From: Paraspadella gotoi
Taxonomy: Eukaryota; Animalia; Chaetognatha
Direction of reading: 5' to 3'
Assembly: GCA_051294375.1 (NCBI GenBank)
Contig: CM119267.1
Location: forward strand, 20,963,755-21,027,754
DNA length: 64,000 nt
The notes beneath the pieces are model-generated. The model did no database searches and was not told where the DNA came from. It saw only the letters and a list, made by a program, of their open reading frames with translations. This document shows, piece after piece, positions 24,366 through 37,965 of this stretch; positions within the stretch are counted from its first letter, which is position 1, and each line of letters starts with the position of its first letter. Position numbers and translations under genes: made by a program.

Positions 24366-24440
24366 AAATTTTCCATTATTCCTTTATATTAAACGAGCAG
24401 ATGAAACTTGACCAGCCTCTCTCACTCTTTCTCTTCTCTC

Positions 24441-24487
<47 letters not shown>

Positions 24488-24544
24488 GTCTCTCTCTCTC
24501 ATCTTTCAGTTCATACACCGCATTTTGTTTGGGTTTTATTACGC

Positions 24545-24750
24545 ATGAATGACTCATCGCGTTCAATGAATGACTTATCATCGCATCAATGAATGATTAT
24601 CATCATATCAATGAATGAATATTCATCACATCAATGAATTGGACTATCATTCGCATCAATCATTTGATTATCCATCCACATAGTCTATCTTTATTATCAT
24701 CGCATCAATTATTGTTATATCGCACCAATATTTAGTTACATCGCATTAAT
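24545..24750. repeat. About 22-bp minisatellite (ATGAATGACTATCATCGCATCA)
   Basis: About 9 decaying units. The flank plus the first units are duplicated at about 24850-25010. Confidence 0.8.
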
Positions 24751-24854
24751 ATTTGGTTACCATTTCGAAACTGGCTCGATCCCTGATTGCTTTTTAAGAT
24801 TTTTCCCTAAACAAATTCTGATTGCGTTTCGTTGGCGGCGGAAAAACTGTCCAG

Positions 24855-24899
<45 letters not shown>

Positions 24900-27800
24900 T
24901 CCTCTCTCTCTCCTCCTCTCTCTCTCTCTCTTTCACTCATACACGCATTTGTTTTGTTTATTGACGATGACATGAATGACTATCATCGCATCAATGAGAT
25001 ACTATTCATCATGGGCTTGATCCTTATGCTTTAAGATTTTTTATTATTATTTTCTTCATTCTTTTCCTTATTTTTCACTCTTCTCATGTTTATACTTCTC
25101 ATTTCAAACGTCCTGTATTTTTACCTTTGGCCATTACGATAAGGTTATAAACGTTATAAAATGATATCATTTATCGATACGTATCAAAAAAACGCCTTCT
25201 ATCTTTCTCAATACTACTTCTCGCCATCTTAGTTCTTTTTTCCCCCTCTGTTTTCCTATCTCCCTTTTCCTCTCTCTAGTTCGTTTCTGCGCTCGATAGC
25301 GAGGCCCCTGTGATATATTTTCCGCATCCACCCTACTAAGCTCATATAGTGCTTTCGCCTGTCTCCCTCTCTCTCGCCCTCTCTCCTTTTCCTTCCTCCA
25401 CTCTCTCTCCTTTTCCTCCCCTCCTGATGTTCCCGCGTCTTCTCTCGCTCCTTCTCGTTCCCATCTTCCTCCCCTTATAATCCCTCCCACTCCTCTTTTC
25501 CCCACTCCCTACTCCCTCCCGTTTTCTTTCTCTCTTACTCTCGATCCCCCCGGCTCCCTTCTATTTCCACCAGTATTCTTGCTTTGACCCTTTCCCCCCC
25601 TCTCTCCTCCCATTTTCTTTCCCTATGCACGTAAACCCTTTGTCTCTTCTCCCCTTAATTCCCTTCCTTCCCCTTCCCCCCCCCGTCCTCCTAACCCCCC
25701 CTTAAAATTCTCTTTAAATTCTCCCCTTGTTGCCACCCTCACTTTGGCCCCGCCATTACTTTTTCTTCTCCCCGCATTCTCGCTCGGTGACCCATTATTT
25801 GATTTTTTTTCTCTGCGGCGCGGAAAAAAAAAAGTCAAAAGCAGTCCGTCCTTTTCTCGATAAAATCTCTCTTCTCTCCTTCCTTCTTCTCTTTCGGGGT
25901 GTCCTCTCTCGTCTCTCTCCTGCTCTCTCTCTCTCTCTGCCGGCCTCTCTCTGCTCGTCTCTCTCTCCCTCTCTCTCTCCTCTCTCTCTCTCTCTCACGC
26001 CTACGAANNNNNNNNNNNNNNNNNNNNNNNNNAGATACTGCGCTGGAGGAGAAGACTCCAATTCAAACAGCGCTTGCTGCAAGGCTGTTGCGAGAATGGT
26101 TATTTATTAGAATTTTTCAAAACAAAATCTCTCGATTATTGAAATTAACAATTGGATCTTTGTTTTTAAAACCAAGAGAAAATAAAAACAAACGAACAAA
26201 AATTTCAAAACGAGAACAAAAAAAAATATACGATTGATTTCTTTCCGAGTTTAGTTTGTTTACAGACAAAGAGCGGCGGCCATCTTGAAAAGAAATATAA
26301 TCGAACCGGATTCCTGTTATGNNNNNNNNNNNNNNNNNNNNNNNNNNNNNNNNNNNNNNNNNNNNNNNNNNNNNNNNNNNNNNNNNNNNNNNNNNNNNNN
26401 NNNNNNNNNNNNNNNNNNNNNNNNNNNNNNNNNNNNNNNNNNNNNNNNNNNNNNNNNNNNNNNNNNNNNNNNNNNNNNNNNNNNNNNNNNNNNNNNNNNN
26501 NNNNNNNNNNNNNNNNNNNNNNNNNNNNNNNNNNNNNNNNNNNNNNNNNNNNNNNNNNNNNNNNNNNNNNNNNNNNNNNNNNNNNNNNNNNNNNNNNNNN
26601 NNNNNNNNNNNNNNNNNNNNNNNNNNNNNNNNNNNNNNNNNNNNNNNNNNNNNNNNNNNNNNNNNNNNNNNNNNNNNNNNNNNNNNNNNNNNNNNNNNNN
26701 NNNNNNNNNNNNNNNNNNNNNNNNNNNNNNNNNNNNNNNNNNNNNNNNNNNNNNNNNNNNNNNNNNNNNNNNNNNNNNNNNNNNNNNNNNNNNNNNNNNN
26801 NNNNNNNNNNNNNNNNNNNNNNNNNNNNNNNNNNNNNNNNNNNNNNNNNNNNNNNNNNNNNNNNNNNNNNNNNNNNNNNNNNNNNNNNNNNNNNNNNNNN
26901 NNNNNNNNNNNNNNNNNNNNNNNNNNNNNNNNNNNNNNNNNNNNNNNNNNNNNNNNNNNNNNNNNNNNNNNNNNNNNNNNNNNNNNNNNNNNNNNNNNNN
27001 NNNNNNNNNNNNNNNNNNNNNNNNNNNNNNNNNNNNNNNNNNNNNNNNNNNNNNNNNNNNNNNNNNNNNNNNCGCGATCTCTTCCTCTTTTTACGGTTTT
27101 TTAAGTCGGCGACGCTGAGTGAAGATTCCGCCGACTTTGAAAATTACAATCCCAAGCGAAGTTCCATTGCAGACGCTTTCCAATATCGGCTTTTACGTTA
27201 AAATCTATAAAACCTCATTTCCTCGTTTCTATATTTTTTTTTCAAACGTTGTCGGTGACCTTTAAACGTCATTTTTTTTATTCTTTCCGATATCATTTCA
27301 TTCCCTTTTCGAATAGTTTTTCGTCCTACGGTTTTTCATTTCCGATATTTCTNNNNNNNNNNNNNNNNNNNNNNNNNNNNNNNNNNNNNNNNNNNNNNNN
27401 NNNNNNNNNNNNNNNNNNNNNNNNNNNNNNNNNNNNNNNNNNNNNNNNNNNNNNNNNNNNNNNNNNNNNNNNNNNNNNNNNNNNNNNNNNNNNNNNNNNN
27501 NNNNNNNNNNNNNNNNNNNNNNNNNNNNNNNNNNNNNNNNNNNNNNNNNNNNNNNNNNNNNNNNNNNNNNNNNNNNNNNNNNNNNNNNNNNNNNNNNNNN
27601 NNNNNNNNNNNNNNNNNNNNAAAAAGAGGTGAGAGAGAAAAGGAAAAGAAAAAAATGACGAGGAAAAAGGAAAGGGAGGAAATAGGAAAAAAAAGGAAAG
27701 GAGGGAATTAGTAAAATGAAGAAAGAGGAGAGGAAAATGAGTAGAAAAAGGGAGAAGGAGGAATTAGAAGAAAGGAGAGAAAAGAAAGTAAATGAAAATA

Positions 27801-28467
27801 AAGGAGAGGGAGGAATAATAAAAAAGGAGATAGAGGAAAGGAAAAGGAAGAATAGGAAAAAAAGGAAAGAAAGAAAAGGAAATGAAAAAAAAGGAGGAAT
27901 TAGATAAAGAAGAAGAAAGAAAAAGTAAAAAAAGAGGAAATAGATTAAGGAAAGTGAGGAATTATAAAAAAAAGAAGAATGAGGAAAGGAAAATAACGAG
28001 GAAGTAGGAGAAGATAGAATTAATAAAAGGGAGAAAAAAAGGGACACAAAAAAAGGGAATACCCTTGAAAAAGATGTCTGGTCAAGGCTCCGCGGAATTG
28101 ACATCAAAAGGGAAAAAAATTCAAAGGAAAAAAAAGAAAGAATGGAACAAATGATGAAAAGGGTTTGCTACATTAAATTAAAATTAGTTAAGTAGCCAGA
28201 GAATAAACAAATAAACGAAAGTATATACTAGATGAATGAATTAATAAATGGATATAATAAACAAAAATAAAAAGATAAATATACCTAAAAGCTAAAAAAA
28301 ACCATCGCTTGAATTCGATTACGTTGAAAACCAAAATGAAAACCAAAAAAAGAAAAAAAATAAGGAAATAATTTCGAGAAAGAAAAAAATAAAATGGAAA
28401 AAAGAAGAGGAAATCTCGTAGGAATTTTTGCCCACGTGAGTATTCCATAAATCTTTAAAGAGAGAAA

Positions 28468-28501
<34 letters not shown>

Positions 28502-28876
28502 NNNNNNNNNNNNNNNNNNNNNNNNNNNNNNNNNNNNNNNNNNNNNNNNNNNNNNNNNNNNNNNNNNNNNNNNNNNNNNNNNNNNNNNNNNNNNNNNNNN
28601 NNNNNNNNNNNNNNNNNNNNNNNNNNNNNNNNNNNNNNNNNNNNNNNNNNNNNNNNNNNNNNNNNNNNNNNNNNNNNNNNNNNNNNNNNNNNNNNNNNNN
28701 NNNNNNNNNNNNNNNNNNNNNNNNNNNNNNNNNNNNNNNNNNNNNNNNNNNNNNNNNNNNNNNNNNNNNNNNNNNNNNNNNNNNNNNNTTTTTTTTGGTT
28801 CCATGTTTTGGTTTCGGCGCCAGGTCGCGCTCAATGTTGTCTCCGCTCTCTTTCGGTTCGGATATTGAAATTCACT

Positions 28877-28914
<38 letters not shown>

Positions 28915-30316
28915 NNNNNNNNNNNNNNNNNNNNNNNNNNNNNNNNNNNNNNNNNNNNNNNNNNNNNNNNNNNNNNNNNNNNNNNNNNNNNNNNNNNNNN
29001 NNNNNNNNNNNNNNNNNNNNNNNNNNNNNNNNNNNNNNNNNNNNNNNNNNNNNNNNNNNNNNNNNNNNNNNNNNNNNNNNNNNNNNNNNNNNNNNNNNNN
29101 NNNNNNNNNNNNNNNNNNNNNNNNNNGAGAGAGAGAGAGAGAGAGAGATTCGAAATCCTTTTCACCTTTCCCCGACTTCCCCTCTCTAACAAAAGAGGAA
29201 ATTGATGACGAAATCACGGCGGCCAGCTTCGGCGGCGGCGGGCGGCGGCGGCGGGCTTCGTCTGCTCCGTCAGCGCCAGCAGCGCCGGCAGCGGCGGCAG
29301 CGGATAATTTCCGGTTGAAAAGACGAAAAGAGGATCTTAAGCAAACCGTGGATGATGAGATTTTGACGGATTCAATCCTTTTCTTTCTTTTCGTCGCCAT
29401 TTTGGATTCTCGGTTCGTCTCGTCGAGTGGCGGTTTCTCCACGCCCACCAACTACGTTTAAATTTCATCGCCTCTACCCAAACTCTTTCATTCTTTTTAT
29501 CTCTTTTCTTTTCTTACTTTGTACTATCACTTCACACATTTAGTGCCATCCTCTCTTTTTTCAATTAATCCGATTTCTTAGCATCGTCCTCCGTCACCAT
29601 CCGCCCTTTTTAGACCCTTTACCTTCTCCAAAATTATTAGACCCTTTACTTTCTCTAAAATTATTTCACATATTTTCGATCCTTCTCCTTTCTACTTCAC
29701 CCATTCGCTTTCAGACTCTTTCTTCTTAAGTTCTCCAATTTTAATCCTTACCATTTCAACTCCTCTTCCTCACCTTGTCTTTTTGAACCCAACGTCTAAA
29801 GAAGAAGCCCCCTAGTAAAAATTTTACACAAAGCTTTATCGCTGACCTTAAGAAATCATTTAATAGTTAAAAACTATTAAAAACGCCACAAAACATCAAT
29901 ATGATACACACACACGCTCGGACAAAGATCAAAAGGTAAGTCACTGAACTCGTCTCAATCCCTTTTAAAAGGTAAGTCACTCATCTCCTTTAATCTCCCC
30001 TCTCTGGATGTTCTTCCATCTTTCATTTGATTCCATTCCAGAAAGATTCTTCTCATTCGTTCCATATTCAATCCTTTCCGAAACTTGATTCCACCGAATC
30101 CGATGCCATTCCGAGTTTGAGAATATCCCGATTCGTCCCTATGGACCCACCTCCACGGACTTACCCCCATGGACTTACCCCAATCCCCCTTTCCTTTTTC
30201 ATCCCTCTCCTTTTCTTAAACCTTTCTTCATCCCTATCTCGCCTTCCTGTCAAACGGTAGAAAAAAAAATAAAGATAAAGAATAAAATAATTTTTTTCAT
30301 CTCAACCCTACACAAT

Positions 30317-30452
<136 letters not shown>

Positions 30453-31667
30453 AGGAAAGACGTTGACAAATGTTATTTTATTGAATTGTCGATAGGGTCT
30501 TTTTAACTGACATTCATCAAGGTTTTATTGTCAGTCGACGTCTTCAGAAGATCATCGGCTTGAAATATTCTTCAAAAGTTTGAAAAGTCGATATATTCAT
30601 ATTATTTATATATATAGAGAGAGATTATTGTTTTTTTCTTTCGAATTTCGACTTTATTTTTCTATATGTATTTTAAACTTTGAAATATTATACCACCTGA
30701 TTGATAGAGAAGCCAGGTACTCTGGGAGTGAATAAACGAGACTGTGAGAGAGTCTTGATTGAAAGCTTGCATTGTCATTGTGTTGTAAGAGTAATGGAGT
30801 CCTTAAACCATCAAAGCCTGTCCAAAGTCTGGGGCAAGACAGCTTATTTATTAAATGAATGAATAATTTTTACTATTGGTTGTACCAATTTCACACAATT
30901 TGCAAAAAACTAAGCAATTTTCACTGATTTAAGGACATCCTAAATCACAGCAAAGACCGCGACAATCGATATTGATAATGGTCAACGGATGTCCTTTTTT
31001 CATCATCGCTCTGGGCTTATCGCCAAAAAAAAACTTTTTTTTTCCATTTTCTTCAGCCAAATCTATCTCTTGTTGAGAGGGTAAGTCAGGAGCGCGAAGC
31101 GAGGAGAGGGAGAGAGAGAGAGGAGAGGGATAGGAGAGAGAGAGAGAGAGAGATGGAGAGAGAGAGAGAGAGAGAGAGGGGATGAGTAGTGACGCAAATT
31201 ATTGCGATGAAAAGACGAGAAACGGGGAAAAAGAAATCGCGCCCCCTGATGGATAAAAAATAGAAAAGAGAAATAAAAAGAAATAAAAGGAATTTCACAA
31301 AAAAAAAAGAAAGAAAAAAGAATAACATTTCATTCGCGAGTGAAAGGAAGGCGGGGAGTCGGTGAAAACCGGTAAAGGTGAAGGAAGGAAAAGGAGAGCA
31401 AGAAATGCGGGGGAGGAAAAGGAGGAAAAAAAGGGGGAAAAAGGAAAGAAGAAAGTGAAAAAAAAAAGAATAAAAGAGTCTTGGGGCAGAAAAAACCTGA
31501 CAAAAACGTGAAAGGACCAGACGAAAGACGTTTTCTTTTCTTTACAAAAAAAGGTTTTTTTTGTCGTCATCTTTTCCGGCGAAAACTGAATGCTGTCGAA
31601 GAAGACAAGTTCGTGAGACTATTACGAATTGTTATTTTTAGACTTTTTTCGACGTCGTTCTTAGAAT

Positions 31668-31707
<40 letters not shown>

Positions 31708-34700
31708 GAGAGACAGAGAGAAAGAGAGAGAGCGAGCGATGGGTGGTGTGGCGCTCGTTAAGCCTCCTTCGTTGATTAGAATCCAAGATGGCGGATGTGC
31801 CTTTTTTCGTGAGGGATTAGTTGGAGGATGTCATTAGAGATAAAGGATCTCATCAGAGACATCAGAAACGTCGTGGAATGCTAATGACGTACTATTGAAA
31901 TGTTACAGAAATTGCAGAATTGCAAAATGGAGTTTGGCTTTGAGATACTTTCTATTGATTGAAAAGGGCGTTCCTTCAACAAAACTATTTTTTATTAATT
32001 ATTTTTTTAATTATTTTTAATCTCTCTACTGACCTTTGAAGTGCCTTCCAGGATAATTAGGAAAATTCATTAATCAATGCCAACAATGATAATTGGGACA
32101 AGTACCCAATCAGATGAGAAAAGTCGAGAATTATCTTCAAATTTTGTACATAAAATGTACTACAAAGTACAAACATAAAAATTGCTTCCACAAAGCGACA
32201 TACAATCAATTTCACATCGATCTTAGCAACGAATTCAGCAAACCTTTTCTCTTTGCATTCCCTACTTCTTTTTCTCGAACGCTAATCAAACGTCTAGTAA
32301 TATTATCACCTCACATTATCTCTCTCCCTCTCCCCCCGCTCACGACGCATCTCGATTCCAAGTTTAATTCTCGCGCGCGTCGACCGTCGTTCCCCGTACG
32401 CCGTCGCAAACAAAAAAAGCAAACAAACGAAGGCAAACAAACGAAGACGGGTTGCGCCGCCGAGCGGGAGAAACCGGAACTTACCTTTTGTTTGAAGACA
32501 AACGAGAAGGAAAATCCAAACGGAGTTTTCTTTGGAGTCTAAACAGCGCATCTTGAGGGGTTGGGATGTTGGGTGGTCGAATGGGGAGCGAGAGAGGGAG
32601 GGAGGGAGGGAGAGAGAGAGAGAGAGCGAGCGAGAGATCGAGGCGATAGCGAGATTGAGGAACGAGTGCGAGACTGAGGGAGAGAGAGCGAAAGAGATAT
32701 TTTTATCCTAAGGTGGATCCGTTGGGAGACGAACGAGATAACAGCAAGGATAGAGAGGGAGAGACGGAGAGAGACTGGCTGTGAAGGGATATAGGGAGAG
32801 AGAGAGCGAGAGAGAGGTCAAGATATACAAAACAATATTTAAGGAGATGAAAAATATATATGTATATAAAATATTTGACGATGATGTTTTTTTTTGTGCG
32901 AAGGTAAGGTAAAGTAAGGTAAGGTAAAGAGAGAACGATGTCACGATGCCGAGTTAGAAATATAAAGTATTCTCTCAAACCGATTAAGTAGTAGTTTGAA
33001 ACTAATGCAGAAAAAAATGCTTTTTTCGTCGTTGTTGCTGTTGTTTTATACACAATCTGGCATCGGAATGTCAGACGGAGGAGAGAAAAAAAAGGAAGAT
33101 TACGGCGAAGTGGGGTTAAGTCGCCCAGCAACGAAGATACATTATTTTTTGTTATTGTTATTTATACAGGGAAGATTATTTATTGATTCGTCTCTTAAAT
33201 GTCGCTTTCCTTAGGGAGAGGAAGATTAGGAGAAAGTGGATGAAGAGGGAGGGCGGGAGAGGGCGAAAGGGTAGGAGGATGAAGAGGGAGGGCGGGAGAG
33301 GGCGAAAGGGGAAGAAGGAGAAATGACGATGACGAGGAATTAGTCCGTATATTTTTTTAATCCTTACTCTTTTTTTTTTTTTTTAACCGTCGTCTTTGCT
33401 GTAAGTGTTATGTTGTCTTTGGAGATAGAAAAACAAGGCGCTAAATCCGAGATTCCTGTTTTATTCGGGCTACACGAGCTGAAGTGAGCACGAGAGAGAG
33501 AGCAGAGAAGACAGAGAGAGAGAGAAGAGAGAGAGAGAGAAGAGAGAGTGAGAGAGAGAGAGAGAGAGAAGAGCTGTTGAGATAAGAACGAAAAGGAAAC
33601 AGACAGGAAAGATAGAAAGAATACCGAAAGGAATGGTATGGCCGCTTATGGAAACTAGGGAAAGATAAAAGGAGAAAAAAAGGGGAATAAATTAGGGGAA
33701 AAAAAGGGGAAAAAAATTTCAGGATAGAGAAAACGAGATAGAGAGAGAGAGATGGGTGCGAGAAAATAGGACGCGAATTAAAGGAGAGAGACGGACGCTG
33801 TAAACGTTGCAGAATGCAGATGGTCGAAAAGGGAACCAAATTGCAGATGCTCTTTCAATGCCTCCTCTCGCTCACACAAAAAAGAAGGGGCCTCCACATA
33901 AAGAATCGAGGTCGAGCTCAGTTCCCGAAACAATTCTTGACACAGATGGTGACCATCAAAGGACAAAAAAGAAGAAAGGGAGTCTTTTTGGTGGATCCGG
34001 ATAAAACGAGTTTTTTTTCGTTAAACCCGTTGTCCGCCTCTTTTTTTTTCGATTTTATGCAAATCCCGTTCCGACGATAAATTTCGGGTTGGGGGAGGGA
34101 GGGAGATTGAAGGGCGAGGTGAGGGGTAGAGAGGTTGAGAGAGACGGGAGCTTCGCTATGCCCCGGGGGGGGGGGGTAGCGGGGCGTTGGTGAGGCCAGT
34201 CGAGGCCCGCGCGGAGCGGCCTTTTGGCCTGGGCGACTTTCTGGGCGGTTACGATGGCGCCGGCTGGCGATTGGCGACCCTTGACGGCTGCGCGGCGACC
34301 CCGAGCGGCTGCTACCACTACGAGGGCTCCGGTGGGATGGGTTTCTTTTTTAAGAGCGAAAAAGGATAGATTGTGGGACAGGAGAGAGAGAGAGAGAGAA
34401 AGAAGGAGTCGGGAGTTAGGGATAGCGAGAGATGGAGACAGAGACGAGGAAACGGAAAAGAAGATGGAGTTAGAGACGGAGAAAGATGGAGACAGAGTAC
34501 TAAGGAGAAGGCGCCGGAAATGGACGGTGGGCGGGACCGAGGCGCACGCGCGCGAGAGAAACTCAACTCGCGATCGAAAGATGGCGCGAGGAAGAAGAGC
34601 GTCTCGCGCCAGATGGGCGTTGAGGCGACGATTCGTAAAAAAAAGAAAGAATGAACCGACGGAGGGCGCTTCGTTTTTTGTTATTACCGAGGGGTGTCGC

Positions 34701-36493
34701 TTCAGTACGAAGGACTTGACGATCAAATTCTCTCACTCGAATTTTCCAATAAATTCTTTGGTTTTTTGGTTTTTTTTTTATATATTTTTTTTTTGCTGCA
34801 GTTCGTGCCGCAAATCGTTTGCGGTAATGTAGTTGGCGAGACGTTTGAAAGGCGTAAACCGTTAAGATCGTTCGAAACTTCTTCCGAGTTTTTTCCGTCG
34901 AATCTCAAACTCGCGAAGTTAAAATGTAACAGAGAATGTAAATCCGTGAAGATGACTTTTCTCTTCGTAGCCGACCGACGCAATATATAACGATTAACGA
35001 TATCTGCATTTGTTATTGCTTTTTTTCCCCTATGTGGTAAACTACCCTGGAGCGATCGTCAGTTTATTGTTCCGCAATAAGATGAGATGATCTTTTGTTT
35101 CGAAGTTGGTGTCGTTGCTCTTTTTTCTTTCTCAATCCCAAAAATAGGATCTGAAAAACAGAAGCAAAAGAAAATTGTCATTTTAATTCGGTAAATGGAA
35201 TTTAAATTGAAAGTAAAATGGAAAAAAGGATGTTGAATTAAAAAATAGACAATAAAAAAAGAACAAAGATGGCATCACAGATGAATAAGACCAAATAAAA
35301 CCAAATTGAATAAAAAAGAAAAAAGAAAGAACAAAGATGGGAACATCAGAAAAAACCAAATTGAATAAAAAGAAAAAAAAAACGAAATGAAAAAAGAAAA
35401 AAATGATAAAAAATTCCGATTAAAAGGAGATATTATTAATATTATATTATTAGTAATTTAGCATATAACTTTATATATCTCTCTAACTTTATATATAACA
35501 CTATAAGGGTTTGAACATTCGCGGTTCCAAAAACAGGGACTCTTTCCGGTGCCAACGTATATTGCGGTCCCAATGAGTGGAAAGGCGGCGCGAATTACGG
35601 CGGCATCGCTCGGCATTTCTTTACAGAAATATAGCGAAAAATGTCACCCCGACGAAAGAAGGAGAAGATGAGTTTAATCTCACGATGAAAGAGAAACGTG
35701 AAAATTTTCAACCGAGGAAAAACTCAATCTGCTTCTCTCTCTCTTCTTCTCTCTCTCTCGTCTCTCTCATCTCGCCATCTCTCCTCTCTCTCCTCTCGTC
35801 TCTGCTCTCTCTTCTCCTTCTCTCTCTCTCTCTGTCTCTCTCTCTCTCTCTTGTAATGTGGATAGCATGACGAAAACGTAAAGAAATCGTGTGTATTCTT
35901 TATTGGTTTTTTTTCTATGTTCTATATGCTAAAAATTTAATTTTTATACAATTTTTATTATTTTCACATCACTCTACCTTATAGAGTATAGATTATAGAG
36001 TGAAGCGAAAAAAACCATAACTAAAGAATTGCTTGTCATTCTATCTGACGCGTTGTCCGATATTCCGTTGCCTTTGTCGTCCTTTTGGTCGTCGTCGTCG
36101 TCGTCGTTGTCGTCGTCGTGGTTGGTGTCGATTTATCGTCGTCTGACAGAAATTCAAAGATCGCTGTTCTTTTTTTTTCTCCCTCTATGATTCAAACGAT
36201 ACATCAAAATTGTTGTAGTTTTGTGACGTTTTTATTTTTGATGTCGTTTTTTTTTTATCTTCTCGAGATGATTAATTTTCTCCGTTGAAATATTATTTCT
36301 CTTTTGCAATTCAGCATCGCATGACGATTAAACATTTCAAGTTTCGCGATTAGCGATTTGTGTTAGAGCAGCGGTTTGTATAGCTAATGAATATTATTTA
36401 TAGTAGTAAATAAGATAAAGTTCGACGGTTCTTTATTTCTTTAACATCTACGACGATCGCCGTTGATGTCATCGTCCTTGTTTTGTTGTGCTT

Positions 36494-36526
<33 letters not shown>

Positions 36527-36719
36527 TGTCGGATCGGAAATCTTTTCTTTTTTTTATATCCCAAGAAAAAAAAACTGCAAACGTCGACAACAAAAAACAA
36601 AGAAAAAAAATCGTTTGGGACAAAACATCGGACAGATGGTTGCGGCTCTTTGCCGACAGCAACGACTGCAATGGAGGAGAACGAAGGTTCTCGAAGCGCG
36701 GAAAGATGATTTGGAGGCC

Positions 36720-36897
36720 AGAGTACTCACGGAGCAACTCTATAAGTCACTTTTCGGTCGGTCTGTCGGTCGGTCCGTCGGTATGCTTATAATTTGCCTA
36801 TAGTTGGTTGATCATTTGTTAAGACAGAAAAAAATTAAATATAATGGACTGCTAGCGCCGCCTTCAGGAATTCCTAAAATTATAAGGAATAAAAGAT
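36720..36897 (-). mobile_element. Dispersed about 170-bp repeat family, copy 2
   Basis: Reverse complement of the 20798-20970 element (GAGTACTCACGGAGCAACTCTATAAGTCACTTTTCGGTCGGTCTGTCGG...CTGCTAGCGCCGCCTTCAGG). Confidence 0.8.
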
Positions 36898-36957
36898 TGA
36901 ATTTTGATGCAGTGCATGGCATAAATACTCGGGCAAAGAAAGTTTTTTAGTCATGTC

Positions 36958-37788
36958 ATTGCAAATATTGGTTAAAGTTGGAGGACAATAGAACTGGACC
37001 TTTTTTTTTCCGGACCCTTGGGTTTTTTAGCCGTCACAATGGCCTTGGTTTTGCCATTTTGGACGCTGACTTTTGTACCTCTCTCTCTCTCTCTCTCTCT
37101 CTTTTTGCTTTTTCTTTTCTCTGCTCTCTCTCTCGTCTCTCTCTCTTCTCTCTCTCTCTCTTTCTCTCTCTCTATTTCTCTCTTGCGCGTACTTCGTGGA
37201 TGTCAACTTCGGTTTTCAATCAAAATTCTTGATGTCGAAAAAAATTTGAAGGGAACGAAGAACGACGACGACGACGACGGACGCGACGACCACCGCGACG
37301 ACGACGACCGAGGGAAGACGACAAAGGACCGCGACAAACAACAGGTCGACGATCGCCGAAATAAAAAAAAACATTTTTTTTCTTGATTCGCAAAATTAAA
37401 TTTTTTGAAAAGAACCATCTCGCTCTTCACGTTTACGTTGTAAAGGAAAACATTTGAACGGTTATTCCCTAATGTGTTGCGCCACCCTCAGTTAATTTTA
37501 TGTTCACATGTATTTTCTTTTGATCTTGTATGATATGACNNNNNNNNNNNNNNNNNNNNNNNNNGATGGTTTTTTTTCAAAATTTATTTCGAATCAAAAA
37601 AATGTTTTTTTTTTATTTCGGCGATCGGTCGACTGTTGTTTGTCGCGGTCTTTGTCGTCTTCCTCGTCGTCGTCGTCGTCGCGGTGGTCGTCGTCGTCGT
37701 CGTCGTTCTCGTCCCTTCAAATTTTTTTTCGACCTAGAATTTTGATTGAAAACGAAGTTGACATCCACGAATAGCGCAAGAGAGAAAT

Positions 37789-37855
<67 letters not shown>

Positions 37856-37965
37856 CAAAGTCAGCGTCAAAATGCAAAACAAGGGCATTGTGAGCTAAAA
37901 AACCCAAGGGTCCGGAAAAAAAAAAGGTCCAGTTCTTTGTCTCCAACTTTACCAATATTTGCAAT
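36958..37965. repeat. Inverted duplication (about 36958-37419 vs 37565-37965) around a 25-N gap
   Basis: GCAAATATTGG...CCGGACCCTTGGGTTTTTTAGC and GGATGTCAACTTCG...ACAACAGGTCGAC recur as reverse complements. The right copy begins immediately after the gap. Confidence 0.9.

Noticed and set aside
24545-24750. 22-bp repeats as CRISPR or iterons
   Set aside because: Decaying tandem minisatellite without spacers.
34055-34832. Overlapping ORFs of about 200 aa on both strands
   Set aside because: They span GA-rich repeats and G-runs, with no motif or convincing splice sites.
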